From an uncultured Clostridia bacterium (GTDB taxonomy: Bacteria; Bacillota; Clostridia; Christensenellales; UBA1242), in the NCBI GenBank assembly GCA_947630745.1, contig CANRIT010000005.1, forward strand, positions 2,403 to 66,402: a stretch of 64,000 nt of DNA, written 5' to 3'. The position numbers and the translations under genes are program-made. The notes beneath the pieces are model-generated. The model was not told where the DNA came from, made no database searches, and saw only the letters and a list, made by a program, of their open reading frames with translations. Below, in pieces: positions 1 through 8,387 of the stretch; within the stretch, counting starts at the first letter, position 1; each line of letters begins with the position of its first letter.

Positions 1-553
1 CTATGTTTAAAATTTTGGTGTAAAGGTTTGGGTTGGTAGTTATAAGGTTGATATACTTTTTTAGCCCCTTAACCATGGCGCGGCAACCAGCAGTTGTTGG
101 AATTTGCCCAGTTACCATGCCGTGAAAATTAAGGTTGTCGGCAACCAAAATGCCGTTTTTGTTAAGCAAATTTAGAATGTAAGGCAAATAGTTTGGATAT
201 TGCCCTTTTGGACCATCCAAATACACAAAATCGTATTTTTTGGTGCAGTTTTTAAGGTAGTTTATGGCATCGCCTTCAATAATCGTCACATTTTTTACAT
301 TAAGTTTATCAATAAAATTTTGGGCAATTTTGATGCGCTCGGGGTCGTTTTCAAGCGTATCAATATGCTGTGCGGATGTATTCTGTGCAATTGAAATCGC
401 ACCATATCCAATTGCCGTGCCAATTTCCAGCACTTGTTTGCAGTTGTTTTTATTAATAGTGTCGCACAAAAAAGTCAGCGTGTCATCAAGCGAAATAGGC
501 ACGCCAAACTTATTGCCATATTCTTTAATTTCTCTGTTAAAATTGTACGCCAT
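1..553 (-). CDS. SAM-dependent O-methyltransferase (family 3, YrrM/TrmR-like); 3' end cut by the window edge
   Basis: Absent from the ORF track because it runs off the window. My translation from the ATG at 551-553 reads MAYNFNREIKEYGNKFGVPISLDD...VLEIGTAIGYGAISIA...DPERIKIA...IIEGDAINYL...YDFVYLDGPKGQYPNYL...GILVADNLNFHGMV. It shows a SAM-binding glycine-rich motif and LD/DN motifs typical of Methyltransf_3. There is no in-frame stop before position 1. Confidence 0.75.
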   Translation of the reverse strand, partial: MAYNFNREIKEYGNKFGVPISLDDTLTFLCDTINKNNCKQVLEIGTAIGYGAISIAQNTSAQHIDTLENDPERIKIAQNFIDKLNVKNVTIIEGDAINYLKNCTKKYDFVYLDGPKGQYPNYLPYILNLLNKNGILVADNLNFHGMVTGQIPTTAGCRAMVKGLKKYINLITTNPNLYTKILNI

Positions 554-638
554 ATGTGTTAATTTTGTAAATTTTTGGCTTTTTAATGTAAAATTTTGTG
601 TTTTTTAGCATTTTTTAGTAAAATTTATGATTTTTTTG

Positions 639-1823
639 TTATTTTTTAAGTTTTCTTAAAAATGGTGGCAAATCATCGTCATCTAAAAATGGTTTTTTGT
701 TGCCAATTGAAATGTCTTCAACCGTGTCAACATGCTCTTCTTCCGGCTTTTCTTGCTCTAAATCAGCAGCGGCTGGCTGTTCGGCTGGTTTTTCACTTAC
801 TGGCGCGGTAAAAGGTTTAAAGTCTGCGCTGTTGTCTCTGAAATTTGGCACAACCTGATTTGGTTGCTGTTGTTGCATACCCTTTTGTTCAAACCCAGTG
901 GCGATAACGGTAATTTCCGTTTCCCCGCTTGTGTCATTTTTAAAGCATGCGCCAAAGATGATGTTACAATCTTTATCCGCAACATCGCGCACCAAATCAA
1001 CCGCCTCATAAACTTCTGCCAAAGTTAAGTCTTTACCGCCGGTTACATTGATAAGTATACCGGTTGCGCCTTCAATGCTGGTTTCCAACAGCTGGCTGGT
1101 AACCGCTTGGCGAACTGCATCAATGGTTTTGTTTGCACCACGACCCTTACCAATACCCATGTGAGCAATGCCCTTATCCTTCATAATTGTGGAAACATCG
1201 GCAAAGTCTAGGTTAATTGTTCCGCTGACCGAAATCAAATCGCTTACGCCTTGAATTGCTTGGCGCAAAACATCATCCGCGTATCTAAACGCGTCAATAA
1301 AAGGCACATCCTTTTTAAGGATTGAATACAACTTTTCGTTAGGCACAACCACAAGGCTGTCAACATACTTGCGCATTTCGCGTATGCCCATCTCAGCGTT
1401 TGCTGCGCGGCGTGGACCTTCAAATTTAAAAGGTTTTGTAACCACGCCAATGGTTAAAATGCCCATTTCACGCGCGATTTGTGCAATAACTGGCGCTGCA
1501 CCATTACCCGTGCCGCCGCCAAGCCCAGCCGTGATAAACAGCAAATTTGTGCCTTGAAGCGCTTTAACAATTTCGTCCCTGCTCTCTTCCGCAGCCGCGC
1601 GCCCAATTTCTGGGTTTGCGCCCGCGCCCAAGCCTTTGGTTAACTCCTTACCAATTTGGATGATTTCATCCGCGTTGGACATGTTTAAGTCTTGCTTATC
1701 TGTGTTAACCGCAATAAACTTGCAACCTTGAATGCCGGCTGCAACCATTCTGTTGATGGCGTTGTTTCCGCCGCCGCCAACACCAATAACCTTAATGTCG
1801 CAAATAGTGTTTCTATAATCCAT
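639..1823 (-). CDS. ftsZ: Cell division GTPase FtsZ
   Basis: 394 aa. Carries the tubulin signature GLGGGTGNGAAP, an N-terminal IKVIGVGGGGNNAINRM and the C-terminal peptide DDLPPFLRK. AAGGAGGG RBS upstream; last gene of the dcw cluster. Confidence 0.97.
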   Translation of the reverse strand: MDYRNTICDIKVIGVGGGGNNAINRMVAAGIQGCKFIAVNTDKQDLNMSNADEIIQIGKELTKGLGAGANPEIGRAAAEESRDEIVKALQGTNLLFITAGLGGGTGNGAAPVIAQIAREMGILTIGVVTKPFKFEGPRRAANAEMGIREMRKYVDSLVVVPNEKLYSILKKDVPFIDAFRYADDVLRQAIQGVSDLISVSGTINLDFADVSTIMKDKGIAHMGIGKGRGANKTIDAVRQAVTSQLLETSIEGATGILINVTGGKDLTLAEVYEAVDLVRDVADKDCNIIFGACFKNDTSGETEITVIATGFEQKGMQQQQPNQVVPNFRDNSADFKPFTAPVSEKPAEQPAAADLEQEKPEEEHVDTVEDISIGNKKPFLDDDDLPPFLRKLKK

Positions 1824-1833
1824 AAAACCCTCC

Positions 1834-2943
1834 TTACACTACAATTTTTGCAAGATATGCCAAACCCAATTTTGAAGTTTGAAACTTTTCCTTAGAATTG
1901 TCAAGCGGAATTTTAAACTCGCTTATATCCAGCCCGGCAACCTGCTTAAACACGGATTTTACCCCTTTAAAGTTTGCAAGCCCATCGCCCGTTAAGTAAA
2001 CCGGAATGCCGTTAAACATTTCGTCCACCTTTAAGATGTTGCCTACAATTTTTGCAATGATTTCAATTCTGCTGCGGACAATTTGGTTTGTTATGTTGAT
2101 TGGCGCTTTAATAAGGCTGCCGTGCGAACAAACCTGATAATTTTCGTTTTTATCCGACTCAATTGTTAAAATAACCTTGCGTTTTATAAGCTCCGCCTCA
2201 GCAAAACTCATGCCCAAAACTTGATAGATGTCGGACGAAATATGCCCGCCGCCCATAGAAAACGAACTAAGCAGCGCCAAACCCTCGCCTTTGTACACAC
2301 ACACGCTGGTTGAAATATGCCCCACGTCAACAATTGCAATTGGTTTGTTGGTTTGAATTTGCTTGCTAAGCGCAACGGCTTGACCAAGCGAAGTGGATAA
2401 AAAGTCAACTTGTTTAACCCCGTTGCTGTTTAAAATCTGCACAAAAAGGTTTAAAAACGACTTTTTTGCCAAAATAAAACTTGCATCCATGGTTAGGCAA
2501 CTGGTTTTTTTGCCTTGTGGGGAAAGGGTTTTTACCCCATCATCCAACTGAAATTGCATTGCGCTGTAATTTATAACCGAATAGCCTTCGCTGTCGCCAA
2601 AGCCTTTGTTGGAAATAAATAGGTCGGTTATGTCGCTGTTGCTAACTTTGTGAAGTGATACAAATTGGCGGGAAATGCGCTTGCATGCACATTTGCAAAA
2701 TTCAGCCGGCACACCCACTGAAATTGATGTTATGGTTTTGCGAAGTTTTGCGCTCATGTTGTTTATAAGGCGGGAAATTTTGGATTCAATTTCAGTTTCT
2801 AATAAAAATTTGCCATCCATATAACCATCATAAAGTTCGTACTCTTCCGCAAAAACTTTTGGCATGTTTGCATAAGACGCAATTGCCAACAAACATATTT
2901 TGGACGAACCTATATCCAAGATATATTTAAGGTTATTAAGCAC
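1834..2943 (-). CDS. ftsA: Actin-like cell division protein FtsA (short, divergent; GTG start)
   Basis: 369 aa. Actin-fold phosphate motifs DIGSSKI, VDVGHISTSV, GGGHISSDI and LTGDG. Lies directly upstream of ftsZ (10-nt gap). GGGGG RBS 4 nt before the GTG. Confidence 0.8.
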   Translation of the reverse strand: MLNNLKYILDIGSSKICLLAIASYANMPKVFAEEYELYDGYMDGKFLLETEIESKISRLINNMSAKLRKTITSISVGVPAEFCKCACKRISRQFVSLHKVSNSDITDLFISNKGFGDSEGYSVINYSAMQFQLDDGVKTLSPQGKKTSCLTMDASFILAKKSFLNLFVQILNSNGVKQVDFLSTSLGQAVALSKQIQTNKPIAIVDVGHISTSVCVYKGEGLALLSSFSMGGGHISSDIYQVLGMSFAEAELIKRKVILTIESDKNENYQVCSHGSLIKAPINITNQIVRSRIEIIAKIVGNILKVDEMFNGIPVYLTGDGLANFKGVKSVFKQVAGLDISEFKIPLDNSKEKFQTSKLGLAYLAKIVV

Positions 2944-2968
2944 TTTACCCCCAAAATTATTTAACTTA

Positions 2969-2998
2969 ATTATATAATTTTTGTTTTGATAAAGTCAA
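2969..2998 (-). promoter_or_regulatory. Sigma-A type promoter for ftsA-ftsZ
   Basis: Minus strand reads TTGACT (2993-2998), an 18-nt spacer, then TATAAT (2969-2974). A TATATA 2 nt upstream would give a 16-nt spacer. It sits downstream of the terminator at 3246-3275. Confidence 0.55.
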
Positions 2999-3043
2999 CT
3001 AAATTTTATCAGTTTTGCCGTTTTTCTACATTATTTTATAATT

Positions 3044-3242
3044 TATACAATATATAGTGGCACTATTCACCAAAATACCCCATTTGTACTTATAAATAAA
3101 TCCAAAATTTTGCCCAAAACCGATAAAAACTTCAAAATAATTCCGCCTTAAAATTCTATATATAGTCACTTTCCGCCCCACCAACACAATATACCCTTGT
3201 GTTATAGCACTGTAACATATACAATATGTAGTGTCCCTATTC
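3044..3242. repeat. 25-bp direct repeat pair (22/25 identical) in the ftsA upstream region
   Basis: 3044-3068 tatacaatatatagtggcactattc versus 3218-3242 tatacaatatgtagtgtccctattc. A weaker related motif, tatatagtcac, occurs at about 3148-3160. Confidence 0.6.
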
Positions 3243-3245
3243 AAT

Positions 3246-3275
3246 AAAAAAAATCTGCTAATAATAAGCAGATTT
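3246..3275 (-). terminator. Rho-independent terminator of the 884-aa surface protein gene
   Basis: Stem aaatctgct (3251-3259) pairs with agcagattt (3267-3275) around a 7-nt loop. A T-run follows on the minus strand (A-run 3246-3253), 10 nt after the stop. Confidence 0.8.
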
Positions 3276-3284
3276 CTTATTAAA

Positions 3285-5939
3285 TTAGTCGCCCGTACAT
3301 GTATATATATAATATTCATCATTAGACGAACAAGCAAAGGGTTCATTTTCGTCTTCTCGATATAAAAATTTATTAATATTTCTAGATCCAGCTGATTTTT
3401 TAACATAAATTTTGTTCCCAATTACAAGTTCATAATTATCTATAGCTATCGCACGAAATACTTCATTTCCCAATATAGTAATATTCCCCTTAAAGTTAAA
3501 TACTTTACTACCTAAACTTTTTACACTTGCTGGAATTGTTAACATATCAACTCTTTCTTGTCGTTCAATTACAAATGCCCCGCCCTTTATCCTTGTTGTA
3601 CCATCTTGAAGAGTAATTGTACTTTTATAACTTTCCAAACCACAAGCAATCAATTCATCATTATATCTATAATAGATAACCCCATCAATAGTTTCTATTT
3701 GACCTTTATCATTTTCGTCTGATAATACAACTGCAGCGTAACCATAAAGTCCATTATTTGTATCTTGTTTTAAATCTATTTGTGATTTGTTAATTACTTC
3801 AATAAGTTCATTGCAATCTGCAAACGCATTCGAACCTATGCTTTTTAAATTTTGATTTAAAGTCACGCTAGTTATACTGCTATGTTCAAACGCATCCTGA
3901 TTAATCTCTGTAGTTTTATCTGATAAAACGATCTCGGTTTTTTGCGGGTCTGCAAGTCCCGCAGCAATATAGTTGTCACCATCATCATAATAATAAATTC
4001 CGTCTTCTATTGTTAATTTGCTTTGAGTTTCATCGGAAATTACTTGCTTTGCGTACTTAGCAACGCTGCCGTTGTCATTATTTCCTGGCGTCAATTGCAA
4101 TTCAGATTTATTTACTACTTCTATTAATCGACCACAATTGTCAAAAGCATCACTTACAATTTTTTTAACATTTTTTGGTATAGTTACTTTTATAAACCCT
4201 GCAAATCTAAATGCCATATTGCCAATTGATTGTAAGTTGCAATCATCTTCCACATAAATACTTGTTAAATTATAACAATCGTAAAATGAGAAGTGTCCAA
4301 TTGATTCTACATTTTTACCTATCTTTACGCTAGTTATATCGTTATTATAATAGAAAGCATAATCATTAATTTTTGTAACATCGTCTGGGATTACTAAATC
4401 ACCTTTTACTTGTTGTCCATTTATGTATAAATCCACCCCATGAGGCCCAAACGATTGTTCAAGACTTACTTTATTATCCTTCATTATAGAAGATTCACAC
4501 CATTCTTTTAATGTTCCAGTATAATTAATTTTAGCTAAATCATAAAATGTACCAGTATGTTTACAATTTTTACCAAAAGTTAAACTTGTAATTTCATAAT
4601 ATGAAAATGCATTGTATTCAATTTCAGTTACTGGTAGACCCATGTACGTGTCTGGGATAATTAATTCTGTGGAATCCATGCCTTCCTTAAAGCCGGTTAC
4701 AATATAGCCATCATTTGTGTCATTCATTTTAAAGGTAAGATTTGTTTGGATTATTTCTTCAAAATCAATGGTCAAGTTGCCTTCTACTGTAAGATTAATT
4801 TCTTCACTTGGTTCAGTTTCTGAATAATCTTCGCCATTTATTTTAAAGGTTACTAGGTCGGCGTTATCGCTTAGGGTATAGGAGATTTTTAGTTCATCGC
4901 CATAATGAATTTCTGTTTGGGCGGTTATATCAGTGTAAGTTTCACCTTGTTTTAATTCTACTTTTACATGCGATTGGTCTTCAGCATCAATTGTTAATGT
5001 ATATTCGCGTGGGGATGATGTGAAGTCTGCACGGACATAGAGATTTGCAGTAATTGGAGTTGAGAAATCAAAATATTGTTTTTCTTCACCTATTTGTTGA
5101 TTATCTTGGTCAACTATAAGCCAGCCGGCAAAGGAAAATTGTTCTGCAACTGTAGATTCTTTTTGTGGGTTTTCTACTGTTATGCTATTATTGTATTGTA
5201 CAGATTGAGATGTTTGTTCCACTCCGTCAAAGTCAAAGAAGTGTACGATAAAGGTTTGGATTTGTTCTTCATAGTGAAGAGTAATGTCTTTATCTTCCGC
5301 TGTTTTGTTATCTGCCACAATTTTGTAGATTGGCAAACCAGCTTCTGTATATTCTTCAGTAAACTCAGCACCAGTTATTGAGAATGTGCTGTCATAACCA
5401 GTTTTTGTGGTTAATTTAACTGCAAATTTGTCGCCATGATGAAGTGGTTGAGTAGTGTCTAGTTTTTCACCAGATAGGTTTTGAATTTCGATATTGTCAA
5501 AATCTGTCGCATTTGTAAATACATAATTAATAATTATATATTTTAAGTATACAGTTGTGCCTTTTGTTATCTTAGTGTCAAGCGAAAGCAAATCTTCTAA
5601 GCCTTCGTCAGCATAGAAACCAGCAAAATAATAGCCATCCCTGTTTGGTGCTTGGATATCACCTATGGTTGAACCTTTTTTTAGTTTGAGTGTTTGGTTA
5701 GATGATAAATCTTCACCAACAGCATGGATTTCAACTTGGAAATCTTGATGATTGGTGTAATAAATTACTGCTGGAATGGTAAGCGTAGTGGCTGCGAGTA
5801 ATGCTGATGCAACTACTATTGCTACCTTTTTGCCAGTGTTCTTTTCTTTCTGCTCCTTTACTGGCTTGTTAAGCATTTGTTGTTCATTTGTTGTAAGATT
5901 TTTCTTTTGTCCGCCTATTGCGGTATTTTTGGTTGGCAT
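3285..5939 (-). CDS. Membrane-anchored surface protein with Listeria-Bacteroides-type repeats and BspA-type leucine-rich repeats
   Basis: 884 aa. Lys-rich N-terminus followed by one TM helix (VAIVVASALLAATTLTIPAVIYY, about nt 5757-5825). GYYFAGFY and FSFAGWL motifs. The C-terminal half (about 3300-4670) consists of I-P-x-x-V-x-x-I-G-x-x-A-F-x-x-C-x-x-L units (LRR_5-like). The N-terminal 130 aa are paralogous to the 3336-aa protein at 50495-60505. AAGGAG RBS. Confidence 0.85.
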   Translation of the reverse strand: MPTKNTAIGGQKKNLTTNEQQMLNKPVKEQKEKNTGKKVAIVVASALLAATTLTIPAVIYYTNHQDFQVEIHAVGEDLSSNQTLKLKKGSTIGDIQAPNRDGYYFAGFYADEGLEDLLSLDTKITKGTTVYLKYIIINYVFTNATDFDNIEIQNLSGEKLDTTQPLHHGDKFAVKLTTKTGYDSTFSITGAEFTEEYTEAGLPIYKIVADNKTAEDKDITLHYEEQIQTFIVHFFDFDGVEQTSQSVQYNNSITVENPQKESTVAEQFSFAGWLIVDQDNQQIGEEKQYFDFSTPITANLYVRADFTSSPREYTLTIDAEDQSHVKVELKQGETYTDITAQTEIHYGDELKISYTLSDNADLVTFKINGEDYSETEPSEEINLTVEGNLTIDFEEIIQTNLTFKMNDTNDGYIVTGFKEGMDSTELIIPDTYMGLPVTEIEYNAFSYYEITSLTFGKNCKHTGTFYDLAKINYTGTLKEWCESSIMKDNKVSLEQSFGPHGVDLYINGQQVKGDLVIPDDVTKINDYAFYYNNDITSVKIGKNVESIGHFSFYDCYNLTSIYVEDDCNLQSIGNMAFRFAGFIKVTIPKNVKKIVSDAFDNCGRLIEVVNKSELQLTPGNNDNGSVAKYAKQVISDETQSKLTIEDGIYYYDDGDNYIAAGLADPQKTEIVLSDKTTEINQDAFEHSSITSVTLNQNLKSIGSNAFADCNELIEVINKSQIDLKQDTNNGLYGYAAVVLSDENDKGQIETIDGVIYYRYNDELIACGLESYKSTITLQDGTTRIKGGAFVIERQERVDMLTIPASVKSLGSKVFNFKGNITILGNEVFRAIAIDNYELVIGNKIYVKKSAGSRNINKFLYREDENEPFACSSNDEYYIYTCTGD

Positions 5940-5979
5940 AATTTCTCCTTTTATTGGACACTAGTCCACCTGCTACACT

Positions 5980-6010
5980 ATTCTACCATGCTTGCCCCCC
6001 CCCCTGTCAA
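5980..6010 (-). promoter_or_regulatory. Promoter of the 884-aa surface protein gene with a G10 tract in the spacer
   Basis: Minus strand reads TTGACA (6005-6010), a 19-nt spacer GGGGGGGGGGCAAGCATGG, then TAGAAT (5980-5985). A 40-nt leader with AAGGAG precedes the ATG at 5939. Confidence 0.6.
5995..6004. repeat. C10/G10 homopolymer tract
   Basis: Ten consecutive C on the plus strand (cttgCCCCCCCCCCtgtcaa). It is the longest G/C homopolymer I saw in the window. Confidence 0.95.
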
Positions 6011-6079
6011 CCCTTTTTAATATATTTTTACATTTTTTTACAAAAATATTTATATATCCCCGCATCCAAACCCTTTCAC

Positions 6080-6104
6080 AAAAAAAAAGGCTTGCTAACA
6101 AGCC
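6080..6104 (-). terminator. Rho-independent terminator after ftsQ
   Basis: Stem ggcttg (6089-6094) pairs with caagcc (6099-6104), loop ctaa. A 9-nt T-run follows on the minus strand (A-run 6080-6088). Confidence 0.8.
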
Positions 6105-6133
6105 AAATTTTGCAAAATTAGACATTTTTGCTA

Positions 6134-7087
6134 TTAATATGTGATTTTTATATTATGCTGGTCATCATATCCGCAATTGAAGGTGGTGATTGTGCCTTCG
6201 GGGTTGGATTCAAAATAATTTGCAATGGTGTTAAAACAAAGGTTGACTTTGTACTGCAAATCTTTTTGAGCAACTTTGATGTTGATTGTAATGTCCTTGC
6301 CGTTCAAGTTAACCGCAAGGCTTAAATTAATTTCATCTTTTACAAGGGTATTTAATTCTTGATGGTCGGTTTTTGGCGACTTTAAGGTGACCGATTTGAC
6401 AATTGAAATAAAGTCTTGCCTGGTGGCGTTTGGGGTTTTGGTTTTGTCGGCAACAACCTTACCATCTTCCACCACCACGGTTGAACAAAAACTGTTATAT
6501 AAATTTGAGGTGATGCTGCGTATTGCTGGCTGGGCAAAATATTCACCCGTATCGGTTGAAGATTGCTGTTGGTCTTTTAGGCTGTCGTCAATAATAAGTT
6601 CCACCAAACCGTTAAGCCTTTCTGGCTTTTGGTCGGTGCACAATTCGCCATCCATAGCCATAAGTTCTTCATCCATAATGCAATAGCGTTGAGCGGTTAC
6701 TGTGTACTTTTCATCTTCCGTTAAAATATAATATGTTTCCTGCCGCGGGCGGACAATGATTTCAACTGAAATTACGCTTTTGGTTTTTATCTGCACCACT
6801 TTTACCATTGGATAGCGCGACTGGATGTTGTTGATTGCCTTTTGCTTGTCCAACATAAAAATTGGTTTGCCGTTTTTAAGCCCTGCCGCCTTGATTATAT
6901 CTTCACCTGACAAATTTTGCTTGGTGGTTTGCCCCGCATCGTTTTTGATTAAACTTACAATCGGCTGGTCGCCAAGCACGGTGACATATTGACGCCTTAA
7001 ACAAAAAACCACACCAAACAAAACTATGATTAGTGTTATAACAGACAAAAGTATTGAACTTAAAATAATTAATGATTTTTTACTCAT
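6134..7087 (-). CDS. ftsQ: Cell division protein FtsQ/DivIB (TM + POTRA)
   Basis: 317 aa. N-terminal TM helix LIILSSILLSVITLIIVLFGVVF, then a POTRA-like segment (NLSGEDIIKAAGLKNGKPIFMLDKQKAINNIQSRYPMVKVVQIKTK). Sits in the dcw position and overlaps the murA stop by 8 nt. Confidence 0.75.
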   Translation of the reverse strand: MSKKSLIILSSILLSVITLIIVLFGVVFCLRRQYVTVLGDQPIVSLIKNDAGQTTKQNLSGEDIIKAAGLKNGKPIFMLDKQKAINNIQSRYPMVKVVQIKTKSVISVEIIVRPRQETYYILTEDEKYTVTAQRYCIMDEELMAMDGELCTDQKPERLNGLVELIIDDSLKDQQQSSTDTGEYFAQPAIRSITSNLYNSFCSTVVVEDGKVVADKTKTPNATRQDFISIVKSVTLKSPKTDHQELNTLVKDEINLSLAVNLNGKDITINIKVAQKDLQYKVNLCFNTIANYFESNPEGTITTFNCGYDDQHNIKITY

Positions 7088-8333
7088 ACGAAATTTGTGC
7101 GCCTAGTGAATTTAGCAGTGCATAAAGCTGCTGATAGCCGCGGTTTACAAGCGAAATGTTGCTTACCCGCGTTTTGCCATCCGCCACCATGCCAGCCAAA
7201 ACAAGTGCCGCCCCGCCGCGCAAATCAGTTGCTTTAAAATTGCCACCATACAACTTTTTTACCCCGTTTATCACCAGTTTGTGATTGCTTATAACCTTGA
7301 TGTTTGCACCCATTTTTTGCAGCGCGGGTACGGTTAAAAAGCGGTTTTCAAACACGCTTTCCGTGACCGTTGTGCGCCCGTTTGCCACGCATGACAGCAC
7401 AAGCATCATCGACTGCAAATCGGTTGGAAAATCTGGGTAAAAACCAGTTGCTATTTTGCCCGGCGCGGACAATTTGCCCTCACTAGTTATTGTAATTATA
7501 TCACAATCGATTTCAATTTTGCAACCTATTAAACGCAAAATTTCTATTAATTTTTTATTTTGTTGCGGTTTTGCGTTTTTTATCTTTACTTTTCCGCCAC
7601 AAATCGCGGTGGCTATCAAAACTGTGCCGGCAACAATGCGGTCGCCAATTGGAGTGTACTCCACCCCATGCAAACTGGTTACACCATAGATTGTTATGGT
7701 TTTTGTGCCAGCACCAACAATTTTTGCGCCCATTAGGTTTAAAAAATTGCACAAATCGACCACTTCTGGCTCGCGGGCGGCGTTTTTTATAACCGTTTTG
7801 CCATTGAGTGTGCAGGCAAATTCGACAATATTTTCGGTTGCGCCCACGCTTGGAAGTTTAAGTTTTATTACACCCGACTTGCAATTTGAGGCGTCAAAAA
7901 TAAGTTGGTCGCCCGCTTGCTCAACTTTTACTCCTAGTTTTTTAAACGACTTTATATGTATGTCAATTGGGCGTTTGCCAATTTTGCAGCCGCCCGGCGA
8001 AGAAATTATTGCCAAGCCAAATCGGTTTAACAGCGCGCCAAGCAAAAAGATTGACGAGCGCATGGTTTTTGATAGTTTGCAGTCTATTTTGGCGTTGGTT
8101 ATGCGGGTGTTGTCAATTTCTAAATCGTCCCCATTTAAGCTACATTTTGCGCCAAGTTTTTGCATTATATTTATCATATTGTCCACATCGGTGATGTGCG
8201 GAAGCTTGTTTATTTTAAATTTTGCGCACGCAATTAGGCTTGCCGACAGAATTGGCAGGCTTGCGTTTTTGCTTGTTTGAATGTTTGCCGTGCCGTATAG
8301 CCTTGTGCCGCCTTTTATTATGTATTTATCCAT
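7080..8333 (-). CDS. murA: UDP-N-acetylglucosamine 1-carboxyvinyltransferase MurA
   Basis: 417 aa. Opens MDKYIIKGGTRLYGTANIQTSKNASLPIL; active-site Cys context SPGGCKIGKRPIDIH; full-length EPSP-synthase-like fold. Confidence 0.95.
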   Translation of the reverse strand: MDKYIIKGGTRLYGTANIQTSKNASLPILSASLIACAKFKINKLPHITDVDNMINIMQKLGAKCSLNGDDLEIDNTRITNAKIDCKLSKTMRSSIFLLGALLNRFGLAIISSPGGCKIGKRPIDIHIKSFKKLGVKVEQAGDQLIFDASNCKSGVIKLKLPSVGATENIVEFACTLNGKTVIKNAAREPEVVDLCNFLNLMGAKIVGAGTKTITIYGVTSLHGVEYTPIGDRIVAGTVLIATAICGGKVKIKNAKPQQNKKLIEILRLIGCKIEIDCDIITITSEGKLSAPGKIATGFYPDFPTDLQSMMLVLSCVANGRTTVTESVFENRFLTVPALQKMGANIKVISNHKLVINGVKKLYGGNFKATDLRGGAALVLAGMVADGKTRVSNISLVNRGYQQLYALLNSLGAQISYE

Positions 8334-8366
8334 ATATTTTCCTTAATACATAGTATGAAAAAACCG

Positions 8367-8386
8367 CCCGTTTTGCTTAGGACGGG
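8367..8386 (-). terminator. Weak hairpin / possible attenuator between ftsW and murA
   Basis: cccgt (8367-8371) pairs with acggg (8382-8386) around a 10-nt loop. On the minus strand it is followed by cgg and then T6. Short stem, so low confidence. Confidence 0.3.
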
Positions 8387-8387
8387 A

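Noticed and set aside
200-608. Plus-strand ORFs 200-394 and 264-608
   Set aside because: They are antisense to a well-supported O-methyltransferase CDS (1-553, minus strand), and their products show no recognisable motifs.
3026-3421. A 131-aa minus-strand ORF spanning the ftsA upstream region
   Set aside because: It overlaps the 3' end of the 884-aa gene and its terminator, has low-complexity Ile/Asn/Tyr-rich composition typical of AT-rich noncoding DNA, and lacks an RBS.
7696-8280. A long antisense ORF (194 aa) inside murA. Similar shadow ORFs occur at 15851-16393, 16498-17091, 18907-19563, 22546-23085, 31574-32167, 41361-41957 and 54296-54871.
   Set aside because: Each lies opposite a strongly supported conserved gene, lacks an RBS and has an unstructured composition. 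These are typical shadow ORFs.
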